DNA of 64,000 bases from Chrysomallon squamiferum. Taxonomy: Eukaryota; Animalia; Mollusca. A program made the position numbers and the translations under genes. The stretch covers positions 27,280,001 through 27,344,000 of the forward strand of contig CM022673.1 of NCBI GenBank assembly GCA_012295275.1, given 5' to 3'. Positions 14,265-27,635 of this stretch are shown piece after piece. The notes beneath the pieces were generated by a model. It was not told where the DNA came from. It saw only the letters and a program-made list of their open reading frames with translations, and made no database searches. The first letter of the stretch is position 1, and each line of letters starts with the position of its first letter.

Positions 14265-14514
14265 GGGGAGGGAGAGGAAGGGAGGGGGAGAGAGAGAGAA
14301 AAAGAAAGATTTAAATAAAATGTTGCTGAGACATCCCAGTCACATCCCACTTTGTAATATCAGTGTTTGAATCGCTAAGCTGATAAACTGTTATGAACCT
14401 ACACTCAGATAACAACTAAACGAATAGTTTAGTAATACAAACAATCTTTATAGCTTATTTCTCTATATTTTTATTTCCACATTGACACACCTGTTTTAAC
14501 ATGTATGTTTTGGA

Positions 14515-14568
14515 TTATGTATATATGTATGTATGAATGTATGCATGTAGTATGTATGTATGTGTGTA

Positions 14569-14599
<31 letters not shown>

Positions 14600-14715
14600 A
14601 TGTATGCATGTTTGTATATAGTATCTATGTATACATTTATGAATGTATGCATGTAGCATGTATGTATGTATGTATGTGTGTGTGTGTATGTATGTGTGTA
14701 TGTATGCATGTTTGT
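14515..14715. repeat. Compound (GTAT)n/(GT)n microsatellite
   Basis: Directly visible; source of spurious H/T/Y and C/M/V ORFs. Confidence 0.9.
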
Positions 14716-14825
14716 ATAAACTACTGTATTTATTAATAAATTTGAAAATGTGTTCGTTTTGTCATTATACTCCAAATCTTCTAATGTCAAGAACTTTTAC
14801 GTGGAATTTAATCATTCAACTGCTG

Positions 14826-15239
14826 TTACGCCAACAGACGTGTCATGTAATCCGCAATGATTGCCGGCATCCACACGGTATGACTTTCTTGCGGGAATCC
14901 GCCTGCAGCCAACGCCTTGTACACCACCGTGCAGCAGTTTTGAGCAAGGAGGTTGTAAGAACTGCCGCTTCTGAAGCCCTCCCACCATTTTTCTATAGCT
15001 TTCTCGTTTATCTTTAGAGCTCTCATTTTGTCCAGACTTATTTCGAAAATTTTGTCAGGATCTCTTTCTTCCAAATGTTTGTCTTCGTCCAGCGAGGACT
15101 GGTTGCCTCTCAGAGTGTGCGACCGAGATGTCTTTTTCTTTTCTTCGTCAGGCCACCAGCTGATGTAAGTTCCGTTTGACAGTTCTAGAGCTGCATGGCC
15201 AACTGCCCCACCTTTTGGTAACCAGACATAGACTTTCAT
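14826..15239 (-). CDS. 137-aa putative permuted papain-like (NlpC/P60, PPPDE/LRAT-like) thiol hydrolase, single coding exon
   Basis: Non-repetitive ORF with VGHAALEL (His15), YISWWP and YNLLAQNCCTVVYKAL (Asn101-Cys102): His-before-Cys order and Y-x-L-x-x-x-N-C motif; acceptor ctacag 4 nt before the ATG (exon starts 15243); candidate UTR donors near 15890 and 16484. Confidence 0.8.
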   Translation of the reverse strand: MKVYVWLPKGGAVGHAALELSNGTYISWWPDEEKKKTSRSHTLRGNQSSLDEDKHLEERDPDKIFEISLDKMRALKINEKAIEKWWEGFRSGSSYNLLAQNCCTVVYKALAAGGFPQESHTVWMPAIIADYMTRLLA

Positions 15240-15390
15240 AGTCCTGTAGATGTAATAATAGTAGTAATAGTAGTAGTAATAGTAATAATAATAATAATGA
15301 TAATAATAATGATAATAATAATAATAATAATTCCTTTTAATCCATTGTTATCCTTTCGATGTTGTTATTTAGCGATTAAATCAGATTCGA

Positions 15391-15456
<66 letters not shown>

Positions 15457-16358
15457 AAACACACACACACACACACACAGACACAAAGACACACATATGT
15501 GTGTGCGTGTGATAACACGAACATAATTTATGTATAATGTCTAGTGCGTTTTAATATAATACTAACATTAGAAATAGCTCTATACATTAATGGCTAAATA
15601 CACTGTTCTATAAACAATTATAATACTTTATTTCATTATTATTTTAATTTTATTACAGATTATTTTATTTTATTTTATTTTATTATTATTATAATTTTAT
15701 TTTATTTTTTGTTATTTTATTTCATTTCATTTTGTTTTATTTTATTTTACTTTATTATTATTATAATTTTATTTTATTTTATTTTATTTTATGTTATTTT
15801 ATTTTATTTCATTTCATTTTATATTATTATTTAATTATTTATAATTTTTGTTGCTATTGTTGTTATTGTGGCTTGTTTTGATGTGTTTACCTTCCTGGAA
15901 TGTATGTGTCACAAAGTTTCGGTTTCGGGACGTGTGTTATTTATTACACAGGTCACAACTTGTCTGTTAAAATAAGAACAAATAAAATAAGTACTTAACA
16001 ACACGCACAAGCACACACACACACACACACAACATTCAAACCCAAAACATTCACACACAAAACATTTTCGAAATTGATAATTAAAAGAACAGAAAACAGA
16101 CTGAAAAAAAAAACCCAAAAGAAATGTAAGAACACCAAAGAAAATAGTCAGTATAACCGTAACATGTTTAGGAAATGTATGAGATAATATAAAATAAAAT
16201 TTGTCCGATACTAACTGATCTAGTAAATTTGAAATCTTATTACAGACATAGTTTCATCGTGGTTAATCTGGAATTTCAGTCCGGTTATATATTATACAGC
16301 CATGTTCATTAATAATTTAACACGTTATATTTCTATAATGTCTGTATGTATATTGTGC

Positions 16359-16401
<43 letters not shown>

Positions 16402-16743
16402 TATGTTAGTTAATAAATGTATTATATTATATCAAAAGGATGTTGAAATCAACTTAATTATCATAATTTATTCTTTTTACTTACCTTAGATGAACCTGTT
16501 AAGAATTCTATTTAAGTTTCGATTTCCTTTTTCTTCTCGATACAAATAAATCAGCCAATGAAAGCCTGGCGCTGGTTTCTAATTTAACAAATTACATCAT
16601 GTTTGTGAAACACGTGACTTGTCCTTTTTGTCAAACAAAAATCTGAATTGCTCCGCTCGGCTATTAAGCGTTTTTGCCTCGTTTCAAAAAGTACTTAGTT
16701 ACGGCCATGTATTATTATTATTATTATTATGGATGTGTGAAAG

Positions 16744-16871
<128 letters not shown>

Positions 16872-16877
16872 CATATA

Positions 16878-17080
16878 CAGGGTGGTCCAAAAGTAGGTGG
16901 GCAGTATGTTAGTTAGGGTTATATTATTTCAATGGTGTTCATTATAACTATGGTATTTGTGCTATATTATTTAAAATTTTATAACTACAGTTATTTAAAT
17001 TTAATCTGTCTTCTTTTCAGATAATCCAGAGAACCCATAATGGCAAATAATTAATGTCCACCTATTTTTGGACCACCCTG
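16878..17080. mobile_element. Tc1/mariner-type MITE (203 bp)
   Basis: 26-bp terminal inverted repeats CAGGGTGGTCCAAAA(G/A)TAGGTGG(G/A)CA (24/26 match), flanked by TA on both sides inside a TA-rich tract; no coding capacity. Confidence 0.85.
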
Positions 17081-17168
17081 TATATATATTTTTTAATCTA
17101 AAAGTACACGTGCATCTGAACATCTATAAAGGTTTGACATCTTTAGCGCGCGCGCACACACACACACA

Positions 17169-17239
<71 letters not shown>

Positions 17240-17700
17240 AATTTCCCATTCCAACTGATGTTCCACATTTTGTGAATGATGTCTCTGAGGAAAGTATTAT
17301 AAAATGTCAGGATTACTATAATTATATTTAACATCGAGTGCAAAATCTGACAGTGAATGTAGAATTGTCGTTAAATAAAACCAAACTGAACTATTGTTGT
17401 TTTGTTTGTTTGTTTATTATTATTATTGTTGTGATTATTTATTAGAAACTCAGTCTGATGTGTTGTTTTACTAAATACATAGAGGTTGGTCTAAAGTGAA
17501 GTTGTTAGATAATAATAACAACAACAATAACAATAATTAAATGTCTGAAAAAAACAACAACATTATTTTATTGTGTAAAAAATTACAAGAAGTTTAATTT
17601 GAAATTTTGACCATTATGCATGTCTTAATCATGTAAATTTTGGAACTTTCAAAATATTTGTTGTCATTTTTTTTTCCGTGGGCACCAGATCTACCTTCAT

Positions 17701-17758
<58 letters not shown>

Positions 17759-18284
17759 GTGTCTACGCCAGTGTGTATAAACATAAAATCAGATTCCACA
17801 GACTTTTCTAGCCTCGTATACAAGCCATTCACATGACACTCTTACAAACAAAACATCAATATGCTCTGTAAAAAATTGCAGCAGAAACTAATTTTACGAC
17901 ATAATACAGGTACTCTACCTTTCTTTTTCATTCTCTCTCTTTTCCTTAAATTTTTAAAATTAAAAAAAAAAAAAAAAAAAAAAAATAATAAGAAAAACAA
18001 GGTTATAGATATAGCATAACAACTTTATTAAATACTGTTAAAAAACAGAGTAGCAAACAGTTTACAACGTTCATCATAAACAGACACAGTCTAACCAAAG
18101 AGGTGTAAAAAGTTAAGTGATTATATAACTGAATGAAAGAATAAAAAAAAATAAAGAGTATAAAAATACTAAGAAGACATCTGAGGTTTATACAAAAGTA
18201 GTGCAAGTTGTTGGGAGCATAGTATTAACAAATATACAGTTTTATAGAAAATACGACACGAACCAATATAATAAAAAAAATACA

Positions 18285-18339
<55 letters not shown>

Positions 18340-19375
18340 TAATAAGAAGAAATAACAGAGAAACTAATAGAAAAAGAAAACAAAAATATTTAATGGTTAG
18401 GGTTAAAAAATTTCACATAAATAAATAAATAATAAATATAAAACATTGTATATACCAATCTGGCATCTGTCATTTTAATTCACAAACAATTCAAAAATGT
18501 TTTGACTTTGACTGGACACACAGCACAGCATATTAAAAATTAAATTAAAACTAATTTATAAAATTGTACTCATTGTGGCATTCTAGAATCAGAATACAGA
18601 AACCAAAACAAAAAACATTTTTTTTTGTTCTGTTGTGGTTTTTGTGGAAATAATAATCATGAATATTTTCATGAAATAGATTGCTAATGTTGATCACAAT
18701 ATGCAGTGATTTGATTTTAGTTTTTAATTCAACTTTTACAAAAAGTTTTTAAATGAAACGTACCTTTTTAGCATTTTCATGCATTTGAAATGATACTTAT
18801 TAAAAAAATAAATACCACAGTTTGAAAAAAAATAAAAAATGGAGGTATGCTGGGATGGATGGAAAAAATAGAAGCTGGGGGATTAATAAACATTTTAAAT
18901 TTTTTTAAATTTATTTATTTATTTATTTATGCTTATTTATTTATTTGTTTTTTTATTTTATTATAATATTGAATCACTAATTTCTCTAGTTATGACATTG
19001 AAATAAATACATTAACTTGTCATCATGAATTTTACAGTGTGTGGTTTATTCATTAAATGATTATGCAGATTATGTATAAGCTTTCCCTTTATACATGAAC
19101 AGTTTAGTATATATAAAAAAAAATCATTATATATTAGAAAAAGAATTGTTATTTTCCATTCATGACTGTATATAATGATTATTTATTTTTTGATTACATT
19201 CTAGAAAATGATTATGATAATGATTTTTAAATGGTGAGAAATAATAAACAATGAAAATACAAAAGAATTTTTTTTAAAGGTTCTTCAAAAATGTTAACAC
19301 AGTATCCAAAACACATTAAAAAAATAATAAGATAAAAATACTTAAAAATTGACAAAAAATTATATATATCCTTTT

Positions 19376-19408
<33 letters not shown>

Positions 19409-20527
19409 TCCTTTACATTAGCACACACACACACAAACACCAATAAGAAATAAATGTTCAAATATTCATAAACCAGGAGAAAGTTCTTAGATATTTACAC
19501 AAATTAATCAAAACAAGGAATTTGATCAGTACAGTTACGAATATATATTTATGAGTGGTTTCATTTTGAAAATTCAGTCTGGGAATCAAGAAATATAATG
19601 CAATGGAAAAAATTAATGTTAAGGACATTATTCAACAGCAATTTTAATTTTTTTGCAAAGTGATAACTTATTTCAAAGAAACATTGTATCTACTAGGAAA
19701 CTAGATTTTTTTTTCCACTTTCAGTTTATTTCATTGTAAAATAAAATATATCAACTGTAAAATACTGAAAATGGTTAAAAAAATTTGTTTCACTAATTAA
19801 ATATTCAAAGTGATTTTTGTACAGAATATTTTAAAATAATTTTGAAACAATAATTAATGATGATTTTGAAATAAATTATGTGAAAACAGAAATTGATGCA
19901 TGGTATGTTATTTTTCTGGTTATTTTCTTTGGTTTTATTTGATTTATTTAATTATGTATTTAATATAAAGGTTTGTCAAAATAATGATAATTTTAAAATA
20001 AATTATATACATAATAATAACAGAATGAAAGTGGTATATTTTTTGGATGGAGTTTTACTTTATTTAATTATGTATTTATTCTGAAAGTTTGCCAAAGTAT
20101 TGACCTCATAAAACGTTTATTAATCTGGAAATAAATTTGCTTGTCATTTTTTTGAAATTTAAATATTCTAACTGTATTTGAAACAGGAAACAGCTTGAAT
20201 ACATTAACTGTTATGCAAGATATTTTTTTATTCATGCCTAGAAATTGGAAACAAAACACATTCAACAGAACATTCTCCTTTACGAGTCTATTTTTTTATA
20301 AATAACTTTTCTCTTTTTCTTATATAAAAATATAGATATTTATTTTCACGTACACTTTACATTCTTATGTACTATATATACATCCATCCATCCATTCATC
20401 CATCTGAACATGCATACATACATACATCACATTTGTACTGTAGAAGATGTCTTTGACAGCCATCAATGTGTGTATATCAGTTATTTGGAATTACATATTC
20501 AAATAACAACACTGAGGTGCACAATAT

Positions 20528-20567
<40 letters not shown>

Positions 20568-21057
20568 CTATTGTAGTATTTATCTTATTATGTATTTTCA
20601 TGAAAATTAATATTTGGTTTGGACTGAGACTAGAATCTGCTGGTGTATCTAGCATCAATTAATGTGATATGACAGACATCTTCTGTTGCATCAGGAAAGA
20701 TAACTCATCCAAATCACTTCTGAGCATGAAATTTTGTTATGTATAAATTATATGATAATGTTCTGGTAAGTGATATATATATTATATATATATATATTTT
20801 AAAACTGAGTTTGGAAATGTACAGTATGTTCATTGGCATTTTTTCAACATTTAAAAAATAAAAATAAAAACAAATATAAAAAAAAAAAAAACATAAATAA
20901 ACCAATAAATAAATAATATATAACATAATCAACATTAATAATAAATAAAATTAAAATAAAAAAACACACAATTAGCTAAAATATTAACCAGAATGACCAA
21001 GCAGTTTCATGAGACAAACTGAAACTGAAACAGGTGTGTTGTTCTTCGTCGAAATAC

Positions 21058-21622
21058 CTAATAACACTCATACAGAGCGGCTTTTCTTTCTATACCCAGA
21101 GCGCTGAAAACAAACACTGGCACCAGGGAATTAATGCACAGACCCAGACAGTAGTACGTCACAAACTTGTGGGCGAGTCTGACACTGGGATGCCTGGCAT
21201 CCGCCTTGTCCAGCCCGAAATACATGGAGAAAAACCTCACTGAGACTGCCCTCACCGAAATGTACACCAACACCAACGTCAATGAGCCACACACAAATCT
21301 GAGCAGCGATGTCCACACCCACTGGGCGGTGGGGAGGGTCAGGGGGGGGGGGAGGCTCGGCTGGTTTTGTGGTGTAGCCCAGCTGGTAGTTGAGAGACAT
21401 TCCACAGCAAAGGCCGATGGTGACACTGACGATTTCCACGGCTTTTGCTTTGGCGGTGTGCTTCTCCGTTGAAGGGTAGCACACGGTGCACAGCGCGATG
21501 CCAGCGATGAGGATGACGAGGGGTGCCAGCTTGTGGTGCTGCTGGTAGTAGTCAATGTTGGGCAGGTAGGGCACGATCACGGCGCAGATAACAACCGAGA
21601 AGAGAACTCCACACACAACATC
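21058..21622 (-). CDS. SGPP1: SGPP shared exon 3 (C-terminal transmembrane region); 1-nt frameshift in G11 run 21342-21352
   Basis: ttttcag|DVVCGVLFSVVICAVIVPYL...PAEPPPP(shift)LTLPTAQWVWTSLLRFVCG...HKFVTYYCLGLCINSLVPVFVFSALGIERKAALYECY*; phase-0 acceptor supplies the Asp of motif C3; length 565 = 3n+1. Confidence 0.85.
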
Positions 21623-22349
21623 CTGAAAAATTAAAAATATATAATAATAGAATAGAATAGAATAGAATAGAATTATAAAATAAAAAAAATAAAAATAAAA
21701 AATAAAATAAAATAATAAAATAAAATAATTTAAAAATAAAATAAAATAAAATAAAATAAAATAAAATAAAATAAAATAAAATAAAATAAAATAAAATAAA
21801 TTAAAATTGTTGAATAATAAAATAGGAAAAATAAACAAGAGTATGAATTTTATAATTATGTATGTACATATCTGTCTGTCTATCTATCTATCTACGTATA
21901 CAGAATGAGAGAGAATATTAATAATATTTACAGTAAATCTATCTATATACACACACAGGCATCAAGTAAATGTACCCACATGCATATGCATATATTGGAA
22001 TGTTTTTTTAACAATGATAAAATTCTTAAAAGGCTGAGTCTCTGGTAAAATGTTTTCACACTAAACAATTTTGCACACAGTTTGTGTTTCTTTAACAAGC
22101 AGGAACACAAAATCAAATGAAAGTTATAATAATTATGATGTTTTTTGTTGTTGTTTTTTTTTATATAAAAAAAACCACCTGCTAATTATATGTGTGAATC
22201 TACCTAGAACTACACTGAATACAAAATATGTTAATATTCATATAGTATATGTAACACTATATAATATTCACATATATGTCATGCATACTAATGAATATCA
22301 CATTAAGTCAAGTCACAGATGCTATAGAGTATCATATACTATTATATTT

Positions 22350-22490
22350 CACATAATATCACATATCATGTCACATGTGATATATAATATCACATATCAT
22401 GTTGCATGTGCAATATAATATCACATATCGTCACGTGCTATATAATATCACAATCTGTCACAATAATTATCACATAGTATAAAATATCAC
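22350..22490. repeat. Degenerate short tandem repeat (tataatatcacatatcatgt-like units)
   Basis: Recurring atatcaca core about every 27 bp in SGPP intron 2. Confidence 0.6.
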
Positions 22491-22908
22491 ACCAAATGTT
22501 ACAGAGGCCATCTGCTACATACTGTCACATGTTACGTAACCTAAACAGACTTGCAGTCCCAATGAACTGCACCAGTTCACACCTAATTGATCAAACCAAA
22601 ATAACTACATGTTAATACTTTATGACTTAGCTGGGCTTGTGGAAAATTAATCGTCCAAATTGAGAGTTACTCGTACTTGTAAGAAATGAGCTGTAAGTTG
22701 ACTTAAGTGTCTTAATCTGATTTATACACTCCTGTGTGTTTTAAGCTGACAAATTTAGAGTTTATCAACCACTATTTGATGAATCTGGTACTGAAAATGG
22801 AAATATTTTTATTTTTTGTCTGTGTGGTTTGAACAAAGATTATAAAATTAATAATTCCATGGAATACTAATTAATTTGTTTATGAATGTCTTTGGAGACA
22901 AAAATTAT

Positions 22909-22951
<43 letters not shown>

Positions 22952-22977
22952 TATGTGTGTGTGTGTGTGTGTGTGTA

Positions 22978-23012
<35 letters not shown>

Positions 23013-23608
23013 AAATACATACATACATAATATACACACACATGCACAAAAATATATATACATTTTAAATCTACTTTATAAATAATTCATTAAAAAATGT
23101 ACAAGCTGCAATATATATAAACACTTCACAATTAAAATAAAACATATCAAACATTTCAGATACAAAAGAAAAAATTGATTTTCTCAGTGTCCAGTAAGAT
23201 TACGCAAGTTTACGTTTTAGTAATAATTAAATATTAACACAGTTCTTTATAAATAAACACTGTGTACTAGCAACCATGAAGCAAATAACATCAACAACAA
23301 CTGTGTCTATTGTCTGCTACATATTCACTTCAGTCATGTTTCAGCATGTTTGCGTTTACCTGTCCAGGTAGCAGTGTCTGTGTATTGTCTTAGATACTCA
23401 CTGTGTAAAATATTAGTGACCGACTTTTAACATGAATGTAAATGAAATTTTTAAACTGGAAAGTTTATTTTTGTTATCATTAGAAAACTTTCATTTTCAC
23501 TCACTCTCATAGACTTATATGAGAAGTATTTAGCTAAATTAATAGATTCATAAATTTTTTTTTTTTAAATATGTCATAAATTAAACAGAATATTTCTGTA
23601 TATAATTA

Positions 23609-23639
<31 letters not shown>

Positions 23640-23808
23640 AAAAATATATATAAAAAAAAAAAAAAAAATGATGTTTTTTTAGCCGTTTTGGTTAATACTT
23701 CATTAACGAAAATGAAAAATACCGAAAAATCGAGGTTTTTTTTAAATATACATTTTGTATCAGATATGTCGTGAGTACTGGGATAGGAAAATAAAGGAAG
23801 AAACCAAC

Positions 23809-23898
23809 CAGAACAGTGTGCACTCCGAGATAAAGGCGACTAAGGCAAACCAAGGCACACCACAGAAAAGCTAGGGTCCCAACCAGCAGACAGGAACA
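23809..23898 (-). CDS. SGPP1: SGPP shared exon 2 (90 nt, PAP2 motif C3)
   Basis: tttcag|CSCLLVGTLAFLWCALVCLSRLYLGVHTVL|gttggt; SRxxxxxH motif; phase 0 at both ends. Confidence 0.92.
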
Positions 23899-25776
23899 CT
23901 GAAAAAAAAAAAAAACAAATTTATAAATAAGCAAATACAATGCATTTGGAATACAGCCAGTAAATGTAAATATATCAATGACAAGCTGTAGAAACTTTTA
24001 GTGCTTTTTTTTTTCAAAAAGAAAGAAAGAAAAGGAAATGAAAATATACCATGGAATAAATGTTAAAATAGAGAGCCAAATAATGGCATAGTTTACAGTT
24101 AAATCAAAATTTGCTGTGCAGAAATAAGAAATCATTATGTAACAAAGATATTGCTGTGGGCAGTTGTAATAATAGAGTAATAAAAATGTCTAATTACTAG
24201 TAATTGAGATATAAATATTAGTTGTGCACTGTAAAGTTGGTAGATTGGGGTTTAGAGGGTTTTTTTAAGAAAAGAAACTGTTTATTTTGTATTACTATGT
24301 TTGCATTACATGATTATACAGGTACCAGATGATTTATCCTGATAACTTGGGACCAGAAATAACCAAGATTTCTGGATTGTTCCATTTTCTAGATCCGCGG
24401 CTTAAAATGTACTTAAAATAGAACTTAAACAATGAAAAGTAAAAAGACTGAACCTGTATTTAACAGATACAAACGAACATATTTCTAAAGCCAGATGGTC
24501 CAGTTCCTATACTGCAGTATTTTATTTGTTTAGAGGTCATCAGTCAAATCTCGTAGTTTTGTAATAATTGTACTGAGCTGCCAGAGCCAAGCCAAATCAA
24601 TAAAAAAATTGCAGTTTTGAGATTACTATCTGCAGTGTTTGCTTAATACAGGCCACAACAGCACTTCATGGATCACTTGCACACATTTACCTCTGATTTG
24701 TTCTTTATGTCACTGCTTTACATTTATCAGACTTGACAGTTCATTGAATACATAACCAGTGTCATTCAGACAGTTCACATGCATGTGTTATAAAATAATC
24801 CACAGGATTGATTAGAAAACAAATCACTTAAATATTATAAAATAATTCACAGATTATGAAACATTGCTCACAGCAGATTATAAAACATAAACATTAGATA
24901 ATAAAAAACACATTATAAAACAGTATTCATGTTAGTTAATTTGTTACTGCTATTCTGATCAATACATATACCTCAGCCATTTTTGGTTTCAATACAGGTG
25001 ATATTACATTTTTTTTTCAATTGTACTATATCCATCATAATCCATACTGCTTTGTCTTTGACGCTGGTCACACCTCAATACATAATAAATTACAAAGAAC
25101 AGTTCTTATTTTTTGTGTGACTAACCAGTACCATTGACAACAATAATAACTACTTTTTATGTTGTGTGTCTGTGTGTGTGTATGTATCTGTCTGTCAGTA
25201 TATTTAACTGTTTTGTGATTGTATGCAGAAAGCAAAAAGCCTGGATTTTTCAACATTGTGAGATATTTAAAGAAAAGAAAATCTATGATGGGGATATACA
25301 TTTGAGTATATGACGGAATACCTATGTGTATTATGAACCCATCATATAGGTATTTAATATAAAAAATGAATAGTAAGCTAGTAACATATTTATGTGTGTT
25401 TAAGAATAAGCCTCTCTATCATGTAAACAGATACCTGATTAATGTCAGTGGACCAGTTTGAAGAAAACCATGTCATCACATTAACTTTGACTCAGTGATA
25501 CATAATTAGTTATGTAGCCCAGAAGATGACATATATATATATATGTATATGTATATATATTACTTATCTGATAACTGACATAATTATCTTCAAGATGAAG
25601 ATACTAGTAAGAAGAGTCAATAACCACAGATATAACATTATGAATTAAAATGATTATTATTAATTGTTCTTCTGGCTTTAATTTTCTGATTTGCTGACAA
25701 TGATGTTACTTGAGTTAGGGTAATACATTAAATATATCATATAGATATATACAACTCACAGTACTGCTAATCTATG

Positions 25777-25821
<45 letters not shown>

Positions 25822-26487
25822 TATATACATATACACACACACACACACACACAGACATACATGCTAAATCACAAATTATTTAAGGCATTTGCATACATTG
25901 ATGTGTAATAAGGATTAACTGTAACTGCACTAAAGAAGGAACTGGTAATTAGCAATGGTTGTTTAAGCAGAAAAAATCTCATTGACAAATGTAGGACGCT
26001 TGATAACAGAAACTGTGTCAAGAATGTAGTCAGGCCATGGTGTGGCTACCGGTCTAACAATATGACTCATCCATCACCCTTTCAGAGTCCAGTGATTTTT
26101 ATTATTATAGTGTATCACGCGCTCCGTTTAATGTAAGAAATTAGTACAGTTTATTAACATAGTATTTGTAATATAGTACTAATACACTGTAATTATTGCT
26201 GTTAAACAGAAAAATGAAAGCTAACTGTTCAACAGATGATTCAGATGATTAGCATTTCATACAATCCTAGAGTGAAACATCGTAATTGTTAGCAGGAAAT
26301 GCTATTTTTGTAAACACATATAAATGTTTTAACACTACTGTCAGAAGTTTAATATCATTTATACTTTTTATAACAACGATTGCAAGTGTATAATAATAAT
26401 TATTAATCAAATAAAATAAGTATTTAGATTTTTTTTTTTTTTTTTTTTTTTTATAGTAATTACAGAGCAGTTTAACAGTATTCGTAC

Positions 26488-27164
26488 CTGATACGTGTTG
26501 CATGTTAGAATTGCCAACACGAGTGGCATGGCAGTGCCAACCATAGCATGAGTGGATGGCATTGCCAGTTCGTCCAAATGTTTGCCCTCCAGATGAACGA
26601 CGGGTGGGGACGCGGGCCGGGGACCTGCAGGAAGTCTTTGCTCGCCTGCCCCAAGTACATGACCGCGAACCACACCATTATAGTTTCCCTTCCGAGAACC
26701 GAATCCAGGTTCCACAGCAGGAATGGAAAGAATATCAAGAAGAACTGCTCTTCGCCGAGAAAAGCGCTCATTTTCGCGATGCAGTACAGAGATTTGTACT
26801 GAATTTCATACTCGACGCGGCGGTTTTCAACAGGTGCACCCAAGGCTGAATTCAACGCGAATTTCCACACGTTATTTATATATTTAACACAACTGTTTTG
26901 GTTTACAGTTTCCGAAATGTCGTCGTCATCGACGTTGTTGTTGTTGTTGTTGTTATTGTTGTTTTCACAGTTGTTCTGGTATTTCCCTTCGTATCTGTGT
27001 TTCAGATCCTGCTTGTAACAGCACGGTTTCTGCCCGGTCAACGCCCCACTACCGGCTTGTATCGGGCCTGACAAACCGGCATTTTTATCTTTGATTAAAA
27101 TTCCACAAATACCCTGGAATTTCTTTACATATTCCGGGTTGGCCAGTTCCATAAAGTATTCCAT
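26488..27164 (-). CDS. SGPP1: SGPP variable first coding exon A (proximal); 1-nt frameshift at G4 run 26619-26622
   Basis: MEYFMELANPEYVKKFQGICG...LGEEQFFLIFFPFLLWNLDS...YLGQASKDFLQVP(shift)RPASPPVVHLE...AMPSTHAMVG...TYQ|gtacga; length 677 = 3n+2, one added C restores KDFLQVPRP. Confidence 0.85.
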
Positions 27165-27332
27165 CGTCCGACTGAGAAATCTTCGTGTTTTTTTTTTTTT
27201 TTTTATCTTACGATAAATATATTTAGTGAGCAGAGAGAGCAAAGAACGTACACCACTCCGATCTCCTGCTCACACCATGAGTTCTCTCCCTCAGCGTAGC
27301 GCGACAAATGACACATGACTTACCTGTTTGCT

Positions 27333-27344
27333 GGTCACGTGACC
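27333..27344. promoter_or_regulatory. Palindromic E-box GGTCACGTGACC (CLEAR/USF-type) upstream of SGPP exon 1A
   Basis: Perfect 12-bp palindrome ~170 bp upstream of the exon 1A ATG in a CpG-containing patch; function inferred. Confidence 0.4.
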
Positions 27345-27556
27345 GCCAAATCCGGCTCCGTTCCCACGGTTCCGTAATACTATCAATGTAAATAAAGCTT
27401 ATGGCGGGTTGGTTACATCTTGCGAGTTTCGCGTGCATTATTAATGACGAGGATGTTTTTTAATACGTTATTGGCTGACGCGCATGGTAATGTCGATATG
27501 TTTTCTAGCAGGTTACGAAGAAATACAAATGATGTAAACCACAGTTAGACTGATAC

Positions 27557-27635
<79 letters not shown>

